From a virus (Duplodnaviria; Caudoviricetes): a stretch of DNA of 25,370 bases. Under the pieces are notes generated by a model. It saw nothing but the letters and a program-made list of their open reading frames with translations. It was not told the origin of the DNA and did no database searches. The translations under genes were made by a program, and so were the position numbers. Where the stretch lies: positions 1 to 25,370 of IMG/VR virus record IMGVR_UViG_3300044675_001822; one strand, written 5' to 3'. How positions within the stretch are numbered: position 1 is the first letter of the stretch; every line of letters starts with the position of its first letter. Shown here one piece after another: positions 1 to 11,400 of this stretch.

Positions 1-315
1 GACTTCTTGCCAGACAATGGCAATGGTGGAGTTATCGTATCAAAAGACGGTACCGACATCTGCGCTGGATATCTTTACTTTACCAATTCTAAAGCAGTAT
101 GGGTAGAGTTTGTGGTGTCTAATATTAACTACAAGGACAAGGATAGGAAGCAAGCTATTATGTTCTTAGTTGACACATTGACTGAATATGCGAAACTAAA
201 CGGAGCGAAGTACGCTTATGTTTCTTTGAAGAGCCAGCCACTGATCAATAAGTTTATTGAGTGTGGCTTTCAACAGGGCAGCGTTGGTTGTACGGAACTC
301 ATAAAAACATTATAA
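1..315 (+). CDS. GNAT-like (acetyltransferase-fold) protein, 5'-truncated; sits ahead of the internal virion genes
   Basis: Frame is open from base 1 (DFLPDNG...). GNAT-like pattern: AGYLY strand, 'WVEFVVSNINYKDKDRKQAI' motif-A-like segment, 'LINKFIECGF' motif-B-like end. Stop is 1 nt before the next ATG. Confidence 0.65.
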   Translation, partial: DFLPDNGNGGVIVSKDGTDICAGYLYFTNSKAVWVEFVVSNINYKDKDRKQAIMFLVDTLTEYAKLNGAKYAYVSLKSQPLINKFIECGFQQGSVGCTELIKTL

Positions 316-316
316 A

Positions 317-1054
317 ATGCCGGCAGTAACATCAATCATAGCAGCAGCAGGAGCCGCAGCAAGCGCTGGACAGGCAGTTGCAGCAAACCAAAGAAGAAAG
401 AAAGACGAGACAGCAGCTAAAGAGGCTGCATCGCGTCTTCGTGGTTTAACAGAGACCGACTACTCAGCTGGCCTTCAAGTCCCAACAATGGGGTACAACT
501 TGGCACAGCAGGGTATTCAGCAACAAGCAGCTTCTGGACTACAGGCCTTGCAAGAGACTGGTGCCGCTGGCGTTCTCGGTGGTGTACCATCACTAGTACA
601 GGCTGGAAATCAGGCCAACCAAGAACTATCCGCAGATCTTCAGCAAGCAGAATACAACAGAGACTTGTACCGTTCACAGAACAGACAGGGCATTGAAGGT
701 CGAAGAGTGGAAAGGGATTTTGACATAGGCGCAAGCGAATTACAGGGAGCTCAAATGTCTGCACTTCAAAACAAGCAAATGGTAAACGAGGGAGTCTCTG
801 GTGCGTTCTCTGGACTAACTTCAATGGGAGAGTCTATCGCTACAAACCAAGCGCTATACAAGACAATACCAAAGACAGGCGTTACAATGAACGATGCATT
901 AGCCCCGTTCCAACAGCCATTGAATGCGGAGATGTTGGGTGGTCAAAAGGTTAAAGGTGCGCCACGAGGAACGATGCAGTACGGTAATTCTTCATACGCT
1001 CCTGGCTATAGCCCATTTGGACAAGTTTCAAGTTTAACAATCCCACGTAAATAA
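317..1054 (+). CDS. Probable internal virion/ejection protein (Ala/Gly/Gln-rich)
   Basis: 245 aa; small-residue hydrophobic N-terminus (SIIAAAGAAASAGQAVAA) followed by Gln/Ala-rich helical segments; first of three tightly packed genes of increasing size, as in podovirus-type ejection modules. Confidence 0.65.
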   Translation: MPAVTSIIAAAGAAASAGQAVAANQRRKKDETAAKEAASRLRGLTETDYSAGLQVPTMGYNLAQQGIQQQAASGLQALQETGAAGVLGGVPSLVQAGNQANQELSADLQQAEYNRDLYRSQNRQGIEGRRVERDFDIGASELQGAQMSALQNKQMVNEGVSGAFSGLTSMGESIATNQALYKTIPKTGVTMNDALAPFQQPLNAEMLGGQKVKGAPRGTMQYGNSSYAPGYSPFGQVSSLTIPRK

Positions 1055-1055
1055 G

Positions 1056-2426
1056 ATGCCAGAATATATAGGTTATCAAGGAAGGGCCAAGGGGGTCGAT
1101 TGGGCTGGAATAGCTGACAAGGCTATTACTGGATACAATACGATACAAAAAGATCGTGACGAACAGCGTGCTTCTCTCGAGAAGTCTGCTGACGATTTAG
1201 TTGCTGCCTCAAAATTGTACAAGCCTGGTCAGTCAAATGTATTTAACGAAAAGATTTTAGAGGGTGCCGACAGGGCCAGAACATATACACTAGATCTTAA
1301 GAAGGAATTGATGGCCGGAAGGATTACACCTACCGAATACAAGTCTCGTGTTGGAAAGATGTCTGGTGACTGGAAGGTAGTGGGTGACTTTGCTAAGTCT
1401 TACAACGATATTTTAGCCAAGAACACAGAGTACTTAAACGATCCAAAGGCGTCAGCTCTTGGTGCGTACTTGTTGGAAAAGCAGGCAAGTGTGTCAGACT
1501 TGTCTGGCAAGAACTTCGTAGTAGACCAGGGTGGAAGTATAGTTTTGTCTGACCCAAATTCTGGGATGGTAATTGACTTTATGTCTATGCTTAACCCAGA
1601 GAATCAAACACCACCAAAGCTTGACGTCATTACCGAGGTCGAGAAATTCACTAAGGGACTTGGAGAAACGTCTAAGTACGTGAATGGGCTATGGACAACA
1701 TCTCCAATCCTAAAGACCGACAATGAGTATCAAAAAGCAAAGGCCAACTTTACAAAGTCTATGCTACAGAATCCAAGAGGTGCCGCAAGCATCTTGTCTG
1801 ACTATGTTGGTGGATACGATTTCTACGAGACCGAGCAGCAGAAGAAAGATATTGAAGCTGCAGGAGGAAAGGCCATTCAATTGGTGCTAGGCACAAATGG
1901 CATTGCCACTCCAAAGCTAACAGCAGACCAAGAGAAGGAGGCAAGAGCCGTCTTGGATAGATTGGTTGACTCTCGTGTTGACGTCAAAAAAGACAAACCA
2001 GAGACTATTAGACCAGCTACGCCAGAAAAGCCAGACGAAGGAATCTTGAAGGTTAACAACAGAAGACAGTCAGTTGAAGATATATTCGCAGATCCAGTTG
2101 GTCAATCAGCTCAGTTGTTAGACCAAGAATATAAGCCGGGACAAACAGTTGTTGATGTACAAAAGGTTGTCCCAGAAGGCATGACAAAAGACAAAAAGCC
2201 ATTGCCTCCAGGGATAAGAATAACTAGGAGGAAAACATCTATCGATAAAGATGGAAAAGTTACAGAAAGCTTTGTGTCTGATGATTTTTTTAATGACGCA
2301 GCAAAGCGTGCTATTAATGACGTGTTGAATGTTGAAGAAAATATACCATATTTGAAGGTGTATCCAACAAGAGAGCGAGTTGAAAAAGCAAGAAATACAA
2401 CAATATCAGGAGGAACAGTTAGATAA
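1056..2426 (+). CDS. Probable internal virion/ejection protein
   Basis: 456 aa, no Cys or His; N-terminal 'VDWAGIAD' then charged coiled-coil-like region; 1-nt and 6-nt spacing to neighbours. Function inferred from position only. Confidence 0.55.
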   Translation: MPEYIGYQGRAKGVDWAGIADKAITGYNTIQKDRDEQRASLEKSADDLVAASKLYKPGQSNVFNEKILEGADRARTYTLDLKKELMAGRITPTEYKSRVGKMSGDWKVVGDFAKSYNDILAKNTEYLNDPKASALGAYLLEKQASVSDLSGKNFVVDQGGSIVLSDPNSGMVIDFMSMLNPENQTPPKLDVITEVEKFTKGLGETSKYVNGLWTTSPILKTDNEYQKAKANFTKSMLQNPRGAASILSDYVGGYDFYETEQQKKDIEAAGGKAIQLVLGTNGIATPKLTADQEKEARAVLDRLVDSRVDVKKDKPETIRPATPEKPDEGILKVNNRRQSVEDIFADPVGQSAQLLDQEYKPGQTVVDVQKVVPEGMTKDKKPLPPGIRITRRKTSIDKDGKVTESFVSDDFFNDAAKRAINDVLNVEENIPYLKVYPTRERVEKARNTTISGGTVR

Positions 2427-2432
2427 TAAAAT

Positions 2433-5400
2433 ATGACCGATTTAAAGCAATCATTAAGAGATTTTGTTGCAACAGCAAATAGTGGAAAGTACGCTGATGA
2501 GAATGTATTAATATCTAAATTCCCAGAATTAAAGGGGTACGACATTGGAGTGTTAAAGGATTTTGTTGCTACCTCTAATAGTGGGAAGTATCAAACAGAG
2601 GACGAGTTGTTTTCCAAGTTCCCCGAGTTTGCAGTAAAAAAAAAAGAATTGGTTTCTCCTTCTCAACAAAAAGCTCAACCTACTTCATTGGCTACTGGTG
2701 GGGCGATGGAAGGTGGGCCTTCGGAATCTTCTGTTCCTCTTTGGCTTCAAAATCAAGAACAGCCTAAACCAAAGGTAGCAGAGGAAACTTTGCCATTTAT
2801 GCCGGCCAAGCCTAAGCCCATGTCATTGGGTTCGGCAAGGGTTCCAGAAAAGGGGCCAATATTTGGCGTAGAGAATCCAGAGTTCAAGGAGCCAGAAAAG
2901 ATAGACAAGACATTGGCTAGGCTTCAGACCTCTTTGGTGGACACGGATGAGGAGCAGGCTACTGAAAAATTAAAGTATCTATTTGGTGATCTAGGCTTTA
3001 CATTTGATCAAGCCGGCGTTGGATATGATGCCATCACTGTAACGTCTCCAACCGGAAAGCAATTAGACTTGAGTTGGGATACGTTTACAAAGGGAGGTGA
3101 CGAAGCGGTATTGACCGAGCTGAAGGATTTCATATCAAAAGAAAGCAAGGCTCCGTCGAATGTCGACAGGCTACAAAAATATTACGACGATTCAAACAAG
3201 AAGTTCGTAGACCAAAGGGAGATAAACGAAACAATCGCTACTCTATCTAAAAAGTCTGACGACATTAATGGATTCATAAAAAGTTACAGCGTAAAAAGAG
3301 ATGTTCTTGAAAAAGAAAGTCAGTTATTGTCTGAAACACCAGAGAATCTTAGGGATGCAAACTGGGAGTCTAGGTACAATAATTTCTTAGAAAATGCGGA
3401 CAAACTTGAAGAGGAAAGACTTTCTGTTGTCGAATACCAAAACAACTTTGAAGTTAACAAGGCCGACATTAACAACGCTGTTGGCAAGTACATGCAGACA
3501 GAAGAGAAGATGGGATGGTGGGGTGGTCTTTTACTAAATGAATACCTAGGAGGAAAGGGTGGAGTAGTTTCATCTGCGACAGGTCTTTTTATAGATGGCA
3601 TTGTAAATATGATGCCAACCGAGTCATTGACTGGGGACTATCCAGCCAGATTTGTAGACGCTGCTAAAAAGCTTGGATACAAGGCTGAGGATTATAAGAA
3701 ATTAAAAACATCCTTATCTGAAGACCAAATTGAAGAAATCAACGACAAGGTAGACGACGAGTTAAAGAAGCAACTAAAGTATCAGTACGGTACACTAGAA
3801 ACAGCTCGCGAGGCAAGTGTTAAAACATTTGGATCAGACGAGGTTACAAAGCAATACGAAGAAAAGTTTAAGGAAGGCTTCTTAGGAGGCGCTATTGCCG
3901 GGCTTGCCGGTTCATTGCCTTCAATGCTAGGTCCTGCACCCGCTAGGGTTATCAGTATGTACTCAAGCATAACAGACAGCGTTAACGAGGAGATGGAGAA
4001 AGATCCTGAGCTAAGCAAGATATCTGAAACAGAGAAGAGCTTAGTTTCAGTTCCTATTGGTATTGTAAGTGCTATACTTGAAGAGTTTGGTTTGAGAAAC
4101 GTTGTGGCAAATAAGGGTGTTCTTAATAAGTTAGTGATGAGAATGCTTGGTAAGGTTGGACCAAAAACAACTTCAAGGACATTTGCAGAACTTGTTAGAA
4201 ACGATGTAGAAAGCATGGTTGCAAGAGGATTGCTAACAGTTGGTGGTGGTGCTTTGGCTGAGTTTGAAACAGGTGCACTTCAAGAGGCTTCTGAACAGAC
4301 CATCAAGGCAATATACAACGAAGTAAAGGGAAAAGATGTATTTAAGAATATAGCTCAAACACCATATGAATTTGTTGGGGACATGCTTTACGCAGGTGCT
4401 CAAGAGGCCGTGGGTGGTTTTGTTTTGGGGTCAATACCAGCCGTATCTGCTGCTTACAGAAAGCAGGGCTTTGAGGGCATGTCAGATGTTGACTTTGAAA
4501 AGTTCGAGAGAATAGCAAATGATGACAAGATAGAGTCAGCCTTTGTCACTTCATTAAAAACACAGGTCAATTCTGGAGAAATATCTGTTGCTGAGGCAAA
4601 AGAAACACTGAATGACTATAGAAAGTCGAGAGGCTTGTATAAACAATTGCCAGAGAGCTTGAATACAGAAAACAAGAAGAAGGCAATGAACTTGTTAAGA
4701 GAAAGACAGGGGATTGAACAAGAGATAAGTGGAAAAGACGAGGCTTTAATTAAAACACAAAAAAGTAGGATCCAAGAAATAAATGGATTACTAGAAAATA
4801 TATCTAAACCAGAAAACAATGCCGTTCAAGAGCAAACAACAAGTGAAGTACCTGTACAGTCAGGAACCGGAAGTGGCGAAAAAGTTCAGAAAGGACAGCC
4901 CAAAGCAGAACCTGAAGTCGTTACCGAAGAAGGTGCAGCCAAAGAAGAAGAAGTAAAGCAATACGTTGCAGACCTAGAAGAAACTAAACAGTCTAATCCA
5001 GAACAGTACTGGTCTGTTGACTCTGTAACAGAAGAAGCAGCTAAAGAAGGTACCGTAATCACAGATGAAGATGGGGGGATTGTGGTTTCTAAAGATGGCG
5101 ACATCAAGGGGTTATTCAAAAGGGCTACGTCAAAGGCTAAGGGAGTTGCTCAGAAGTTGCTTCAGAAAGCTGTTGAGGCTGGTGGTGTTAAGTTAGACAA
5201 CTTCGATAACTATCTTACTCCAGTTTACGAAAAGGCTGGTTTTAGAGTTGTATCTAGACTCCCTTTCAATGAGGAGTACGCTCCAGAAGGATGGAACAAA
5301 GAGAAGCACGGAACACCGGATGTCGTAGCAATGGTATACGATCCACAGAATAAACTAGATATTCAAGAACAGAAGTTCGAAGACTACGATGAGGCTATGG

Positions 5401-8400
5401 CATATCGCGATCAACTCGTGGAGCAATCGAAGTCTGAGTATCCAATGCAAAGCAACTTCGACCAGGCCTTGGCTAATTCAGCTCAAGCGCTTAACGTAGT
5501 AGCACCGGGATTAAAGGTGATAGTGGGGGAGAACATTGACGATGTACAGAACCAAATCGTAGAGGCACTAGCGCCATTAGTTGGCGAGAGACAGGCCGTA
5601 AAGGCAGCTGAAGAATTTGCCAAAGGCACCAAGGGTCAGACGATCTTTGTTGACGGCAAGCCGTTCGCTGTGGTATTTGACAAGACTACCGCAGATAGCC
5701 GCACCGCGGGACACGAGGCATGGGAGGTTATGCTGAACGATGCGTTCGGCAACGACCAAGCCAAGTTCAAGGAGTTTACAGCAGGCATCGACTCTCAACT
5801 AAGGGCTCAAGGATTTGGCGATATCGCTGATGCTTTGGACGCATTCGCTAGCCAGAAGGGCTACGAAGCCGTAAAATACTCGGAGTATATGGCTGAGCTT
5901 GGAGGTATGTTGGTAGAAGCTGGTTTCGGAAAGGGACCACTAACGGCTCAACAGAAGACATTACTACAGAAGATCGGTGACATCATCAACAAGTTTGCTG
6001 AGCTATTCACCGGCAAGAAGCAGTTCTTGGATCAGGCTACTCCAGAGGATATCCTTGGTTTCATGGTGACTATCTCTGAAAAGGTTGCTAAGGGTGAGGA
6101 CGTGTCAAGCTTCTTTAGAAAAGGAGAAAAGGCAAAGTCAACCGAAGGCGTGACATCTAGAAAGCAGGCAGAGAAAATATTCACAGGAGAAGAAAAGGTA
6201 CCTACATTTAAGAGCTTACCAGAGATAGCCAATTGGCTCGAGGGTTGGTCTAAGAAGAATAAAATATTTGCAAAAGATATAAAGGATGTATCTGATCAAG
6301 AATTTGTAAAGAAGCTTGAGTCTCATACATTAAAAGAGCTAGCGGCTTGGGATGGTGTTCGTGGTCAGGATTATGTAAGCTTTTATGTTGGAGACATCGT
6401 AGATCGCCTTAATCCTAAATTGCAAAAATTCGCAGAGGCTAGATACGGAAGGATGTTGACACCAGGTGAGGTAACTCTTTACCACGCTGTCAGCGGATTC
6501 GCATCTCCACAGGCAGATCCTATGTTTGACTCTAGCAAGGGTCTTGAGATATTCGACAAGTACATGAATGGTGGAAAGCCAGATGTAAATAAACTATCTG
6601 GTTATGCTGACAAGCAAGCTACTATATATGAATTAAACGACAAAGGAAAGAAAGTAGATACAGGTAAATTAAAGTTTGACAAAGAGGGAAATCCTATTTA
6701 CTCTCAAGTCTCAATGCACTACGCTGTACCTTCTTTGAATAAAATGAAGGCCATGATATCTCATTTTGAAGGAGATGTTGAAAAGGCTATGGAATGGATG
6801 ACATCTATCCACTCTTACGAAGAGATATCCGAAGTAATGGGTACTCCATTAAAAGGGGCCAAGGCTCTTACTCCTCACGAAAACTTGAGCAAGGAAGACG
6901 GTGGATTTGGTATCTTTGGATTTACTGGTGCCAAGTTGGGATCTTATATCCTTAACAGGGTCGGAGAGTACTCTACGGTTACCAAGGACATGTGGTATGC
7001 CAGAACAATGGCAAGACTAGTTGGCGAGCCATTGACAAAAGATGGCAAGGCCATGACAGACCCATGGGCAGCTGGCACTGTTGCTGGTGTGAAGAAAAGA
7101 AAACTTGCAGATCAGGCTTGGGAATCAGTTGCTAAGAAATTAAATATTAGCCCGTCTGACGTTCAAGAAAGAATGTGGGACTTCGAGAAAAGACTTTATG
7201 AAAAAATGGGTGCCATAGAGAAAGCATCTTATGCCTCAGAAGGATTCATGAAGACAGCAAAGAAGCTTGAGCCAGGACTTGACCTAGATACCAAGGTTGT
7301 GGAGTCACGCTCACAGAAAGCTTTTGATGAGTCTATAAAGAAAGAAGAAGCAAGTATAAAGCTGAAGTTTGACAAGAACGGTCAATTGTTGGCTCCAAAT
7401 GGTAAGCCAAGCAATCTCAATGAGGACTTGTCCAGATACACTAGAACAACTGTATTTAAAAACTGGTTTGGTGATTGGGAGAAAGATCCAAAGAACGCTA
7501 GTAAGGTTGTTGACGAAAATGGAGAGCCATTGGTTGTTTATCATGGAAGCCCTTACGGAGGCATTAAAACTTTCGATAGAAAAGAGTCTGCAAAAGTATC
7601 TTCTGGTTTAAAAGAGTTTGGAACGTACTTCACAACAAACAGGAATGTTGCTAACATCTATGCTTCTGAAGGAAAGATCAGCCAAGAAAAAATAAACGAG
7701 ATAGACGGGCAAATAAATAAGCTTCAAGAGGCACAAGACAATACTAGGAACAGTAGCGATTACTATAACTTTGAAAAAGAAATAGAAGCTCTTAAAAAGA
7801 ACAAGTCTCCAAAAGTATACGCTGCGTTTTTGAACTTGAAAAGTATAAAAGACTTCAACGCAGAGCAAAAGTCTTTCCCAGAAGCATGGAGAAATCTGAA
7901 AGTTGATGCTGGATATAAGACAGCTACAGACAGAGATGCCATGGACTTCTTGAGAGAGGGCAAGTTTGGTGTTAAAAAGGTTGATGGAATCAAGGCCTCT
8001 AACATAGTTGACATTGTTTCTCAAGGCAAAAAAGATGGCGACTTTGTTGGAGACGTGTATCTTGCTTTTGACTCCGCTCCAGACGCAATAAGAGTGGTAG
8101 AAACTCCAACTGTAACGTCACGCTCACAGAAGTCTGTTCCACCGGTGGTAGACGAGGTTCTTACCGATGACGGTAAGGGGAACTACCTTTTTGTTCACTA
8201 CTCTGATGAGAATAGAGACGTGATCAAGCCAATGTCAGGATCTAAGAGCAACTTCACAAGCCGTGAAGAGGTATCTGCGATATCGTCTGTTGGTGGTGTT
8301 GCAATGTACTACACAAAGTCCGGCCAGAAAGAGAGCGGTGTTGGGAATGTCCCACACACAGTTCTAGTTCCAAAGGACAAGGTATACTTCTACGGAAGCA

Positions 8401-11400
8401 CAGAAAAAGGAAAAGTATCTCACGATCCAGAAGGATTCGAGGAAGAGGCAAGACGCAGGTTCCAAGAATACAAGAACCGTGGAAACGAGGACAGGCCAAC
8501 AAAGTATGCGTTTGACGCAAACAACTCTGCAGCTTGGGTGACCAAGGTGGCCGCAGAGAACGGATACGATATGCTTGTTACCAACTGGGGAGGGCCAAAG
8601 AGCTACCGTGCACAGACAACCAAGGCATTAAAGCCAGAGGCTGAGTACACTGGTTTCAAGAAGCCAGAGCCCGTGGTATTTGAGGTGGGTGATGAGATTT
8701 TTGTAAGTGGAAACTACGCAAACATAACTGAAGTAAACGGAAGCATTGTAAGATATTCTGGAACAAACCAGTACGGCAACGCTGTGAGTGGAGTGTTTGA
8801 CTTGAACAGGAACAGCAATGCCATCATGATCGAGAAGGCTAAGCCGGTAGTCACCACGCGTGCACAAAGGGTAGATGTTAATGTCATCCCTGGATACGAG
8901 AGGTTTCTTGGTGTTATTGAGGGCATGATTGACAAGGGTATCAAAAGTGGTACGTCTTACAACAAAATTACCGCAAACGTAATTGAATACATACAAAGAG
9001 ACTCTGCTGTTTATGAAAGGGCAGACGATTCTCAGCGTGAGCAGATCATCCGCGACTTCAAGAAGATCAGAGGAGAGAAGTTTAAAGTAGCTCCGTCTGT
9101 GGCTAAAATACTAGGCCAGATCGAGGACATCAAAAAGGTAACAGTAAAAGAGAGCACAGCGCTGAAGGATCAGATCAAGTTGGAGGCCAAGGCAGCCAAG
9201 GACTCTGCAGCCTTTGTAAAGCAGCTCCGCATGGACATATCTGGTAGGTTGAAGTCTATGGTTGGCCGTGGTATGATGTCTGCTAGACAGGCAACTGCTA
9301 TTATCTCTCGCTACGACAAGATGAACATCTTGAACCCTGTGATGCGTGACCGTTTTGTTGACTACATGTCTAGGGTATTCCAAAGCGCCGAGTACATGGA
9401 CAAGATCAAGGAAGCGTCAAAGCTTAGAGCATCTATCAAGAAGGCCATGAAGTCACCAGCAAACCAAGCAGAGATTGCAAAGCTTGCTAAGGACTTTGGA
9501 GACATCGATCCGTCTCGTGTAGAAAATATTGACGACTATATCAATAACGCAACACAGATGCTAAACGCAGTGGCCAGAAAGACTGGAGACCCATTGATGC
9601 GTAGCCTTGTTAACGCTGCTGACATGGCATCTTATATTGAGACAGAAATCAAGTCACAGACAGAGCAGATCAAAAACGAGCTACTCGATAAGTATAAAGA
9701 ATTGGTCGATGCTGGCGTATTGTCAAGTGACATGACCATCAACGAAATCAAGAAGGTAATAGCCGCTATCGAGGAGAATGATAACGAGTCTGTAGCCAAG
9801 GAAGAGAAGGCGAAGGCCGCTGTCAAGGAAATGATGGCCGAGGTATCTCCATTGATTGTGCAGATCGTTAAGACCGGAGAGGATCCGTTTACAGGTGAGC
9901 CTATCGCACTTACGCAGGACGAGAAGAAGTCATTGATTGCATTGACCAAGATGGACACCGACAATCTTTCATTGTCAGAGGCATTGCAGGTGCTTGAGTA
10001 TGCCAACAACTTTGTTGCAAATGGCATCACCTCTGGTATCGATGGAATGGTAAGCCTTTACCAAGGTGGACTGAATGCCGGAGAGTTAGTTGATGATGGA
10101 ATCAAGTCTATCCCACTAAGCAAGTACTTCTCTGGGCTAGTTGGAAGAGTATGGGGCGAAGGATTCGCAACACTTCCAATGCTTAACAAGTTGTTATGGG
10201 GTAACACAAGGCGTGCTATAATGGTCTCTGAGAAGGCCGGAATCAATGGGGTGTCCAATGGTAAGGCCAAGGCCTTGAAGATGGTTGACAATGCTGTTAA
10301 ACAGTACGTAAAGCTATTCTCGAAGACCAAGGACTTCTTAGCAAGTGAGAATGTTGTCGAGCGTGGTGTATTTGCATTCATGTCTAGAAACGTGGTCGGC
10401 GATGAATTCCAGGCGCAAGACGAGTTTAATAGGCGCAAATCACTCATTAAGGAAACAATCCAGGCGCTATCTGACGTAGACAACAACACTGAATCAGAAA
10501 TCAAGAAGGGTGAAGTCATCCAAAAGGTGTACGACAAGGTCTTGAAAGATGCCAAGAATATTAATGACGTCAAGAAAAACGTAAGTCAGATCAACCAAGA
10601 TGCCGTAAACTGGTGGATAAACAAGTGGTCTGAGAACTTCGACCGTATCGACGAGGTATCTAGAAACGTGTACAACACACAGCTGTCTAGGGACATTGAC
10701 TTTACACCCGATAGGTTCCAACTAAAGGAGGCACCAACAGCTGTAGAGGAAGACTTTGAGTCTGGTTTCTTTGGAAACTTTGAGTACGTTGACACGTCTA
10801 AGTCTGGATCACTGAGAAAAAATAACCGTATTTCTAATCTTCCAAAGGACAAGAATGGTATTAAAACCCGTATAGTCAACCTTGACTTTGACGTGAATAA
10901 CGTTAACGCATTCACGAATGCAATGGTAGACGTAGAGACCGCTAGCTCTGTGATGCAGATGAAGGGTTTTGTGACATCTAAAAACTTCTCAAAGCTTTTC
11001 TCAAACAAGGAAGACAAGAATCTTTACAAGAAAAGACTGATCAAGTACGTAAATCGTGCCAAGGGTGGATCTTATGTAGACCAGAACGAGCTATCAAAGA
11101 TAAATAGAACAATTAATACCATTGCATCATTTGGTGTTGCCAAGGCATTGTTTAGTGTGTCACAGCCATTTAAGCAGTTCTTCCCTCCAATGATAAATAC
11201 TTTTGTTCAGACAGGTAGGTTTGACTTAAACAAGTTGCTGTACATGGGCGGAATGGGCTTTATCGACAGTTCTGGTTATCCTATTGCTAACCGTGGTGTT
11301 GCATCTCAGGGTGAACTTAAGTCTATCAACAGACAGTTGGTAGAGGCTGAGAAGAACTTAGCCATGCGTGGACTAGATGGTGTTGCGGAGTTTAGCAACA

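Noticed and set aside
7369-7611. 80-aa +1-frame ORF inside the ART domain as a second nested gene
   Set aside because: TTG start, overlaps a highly constrained enzyme motif region, no recognisable features.
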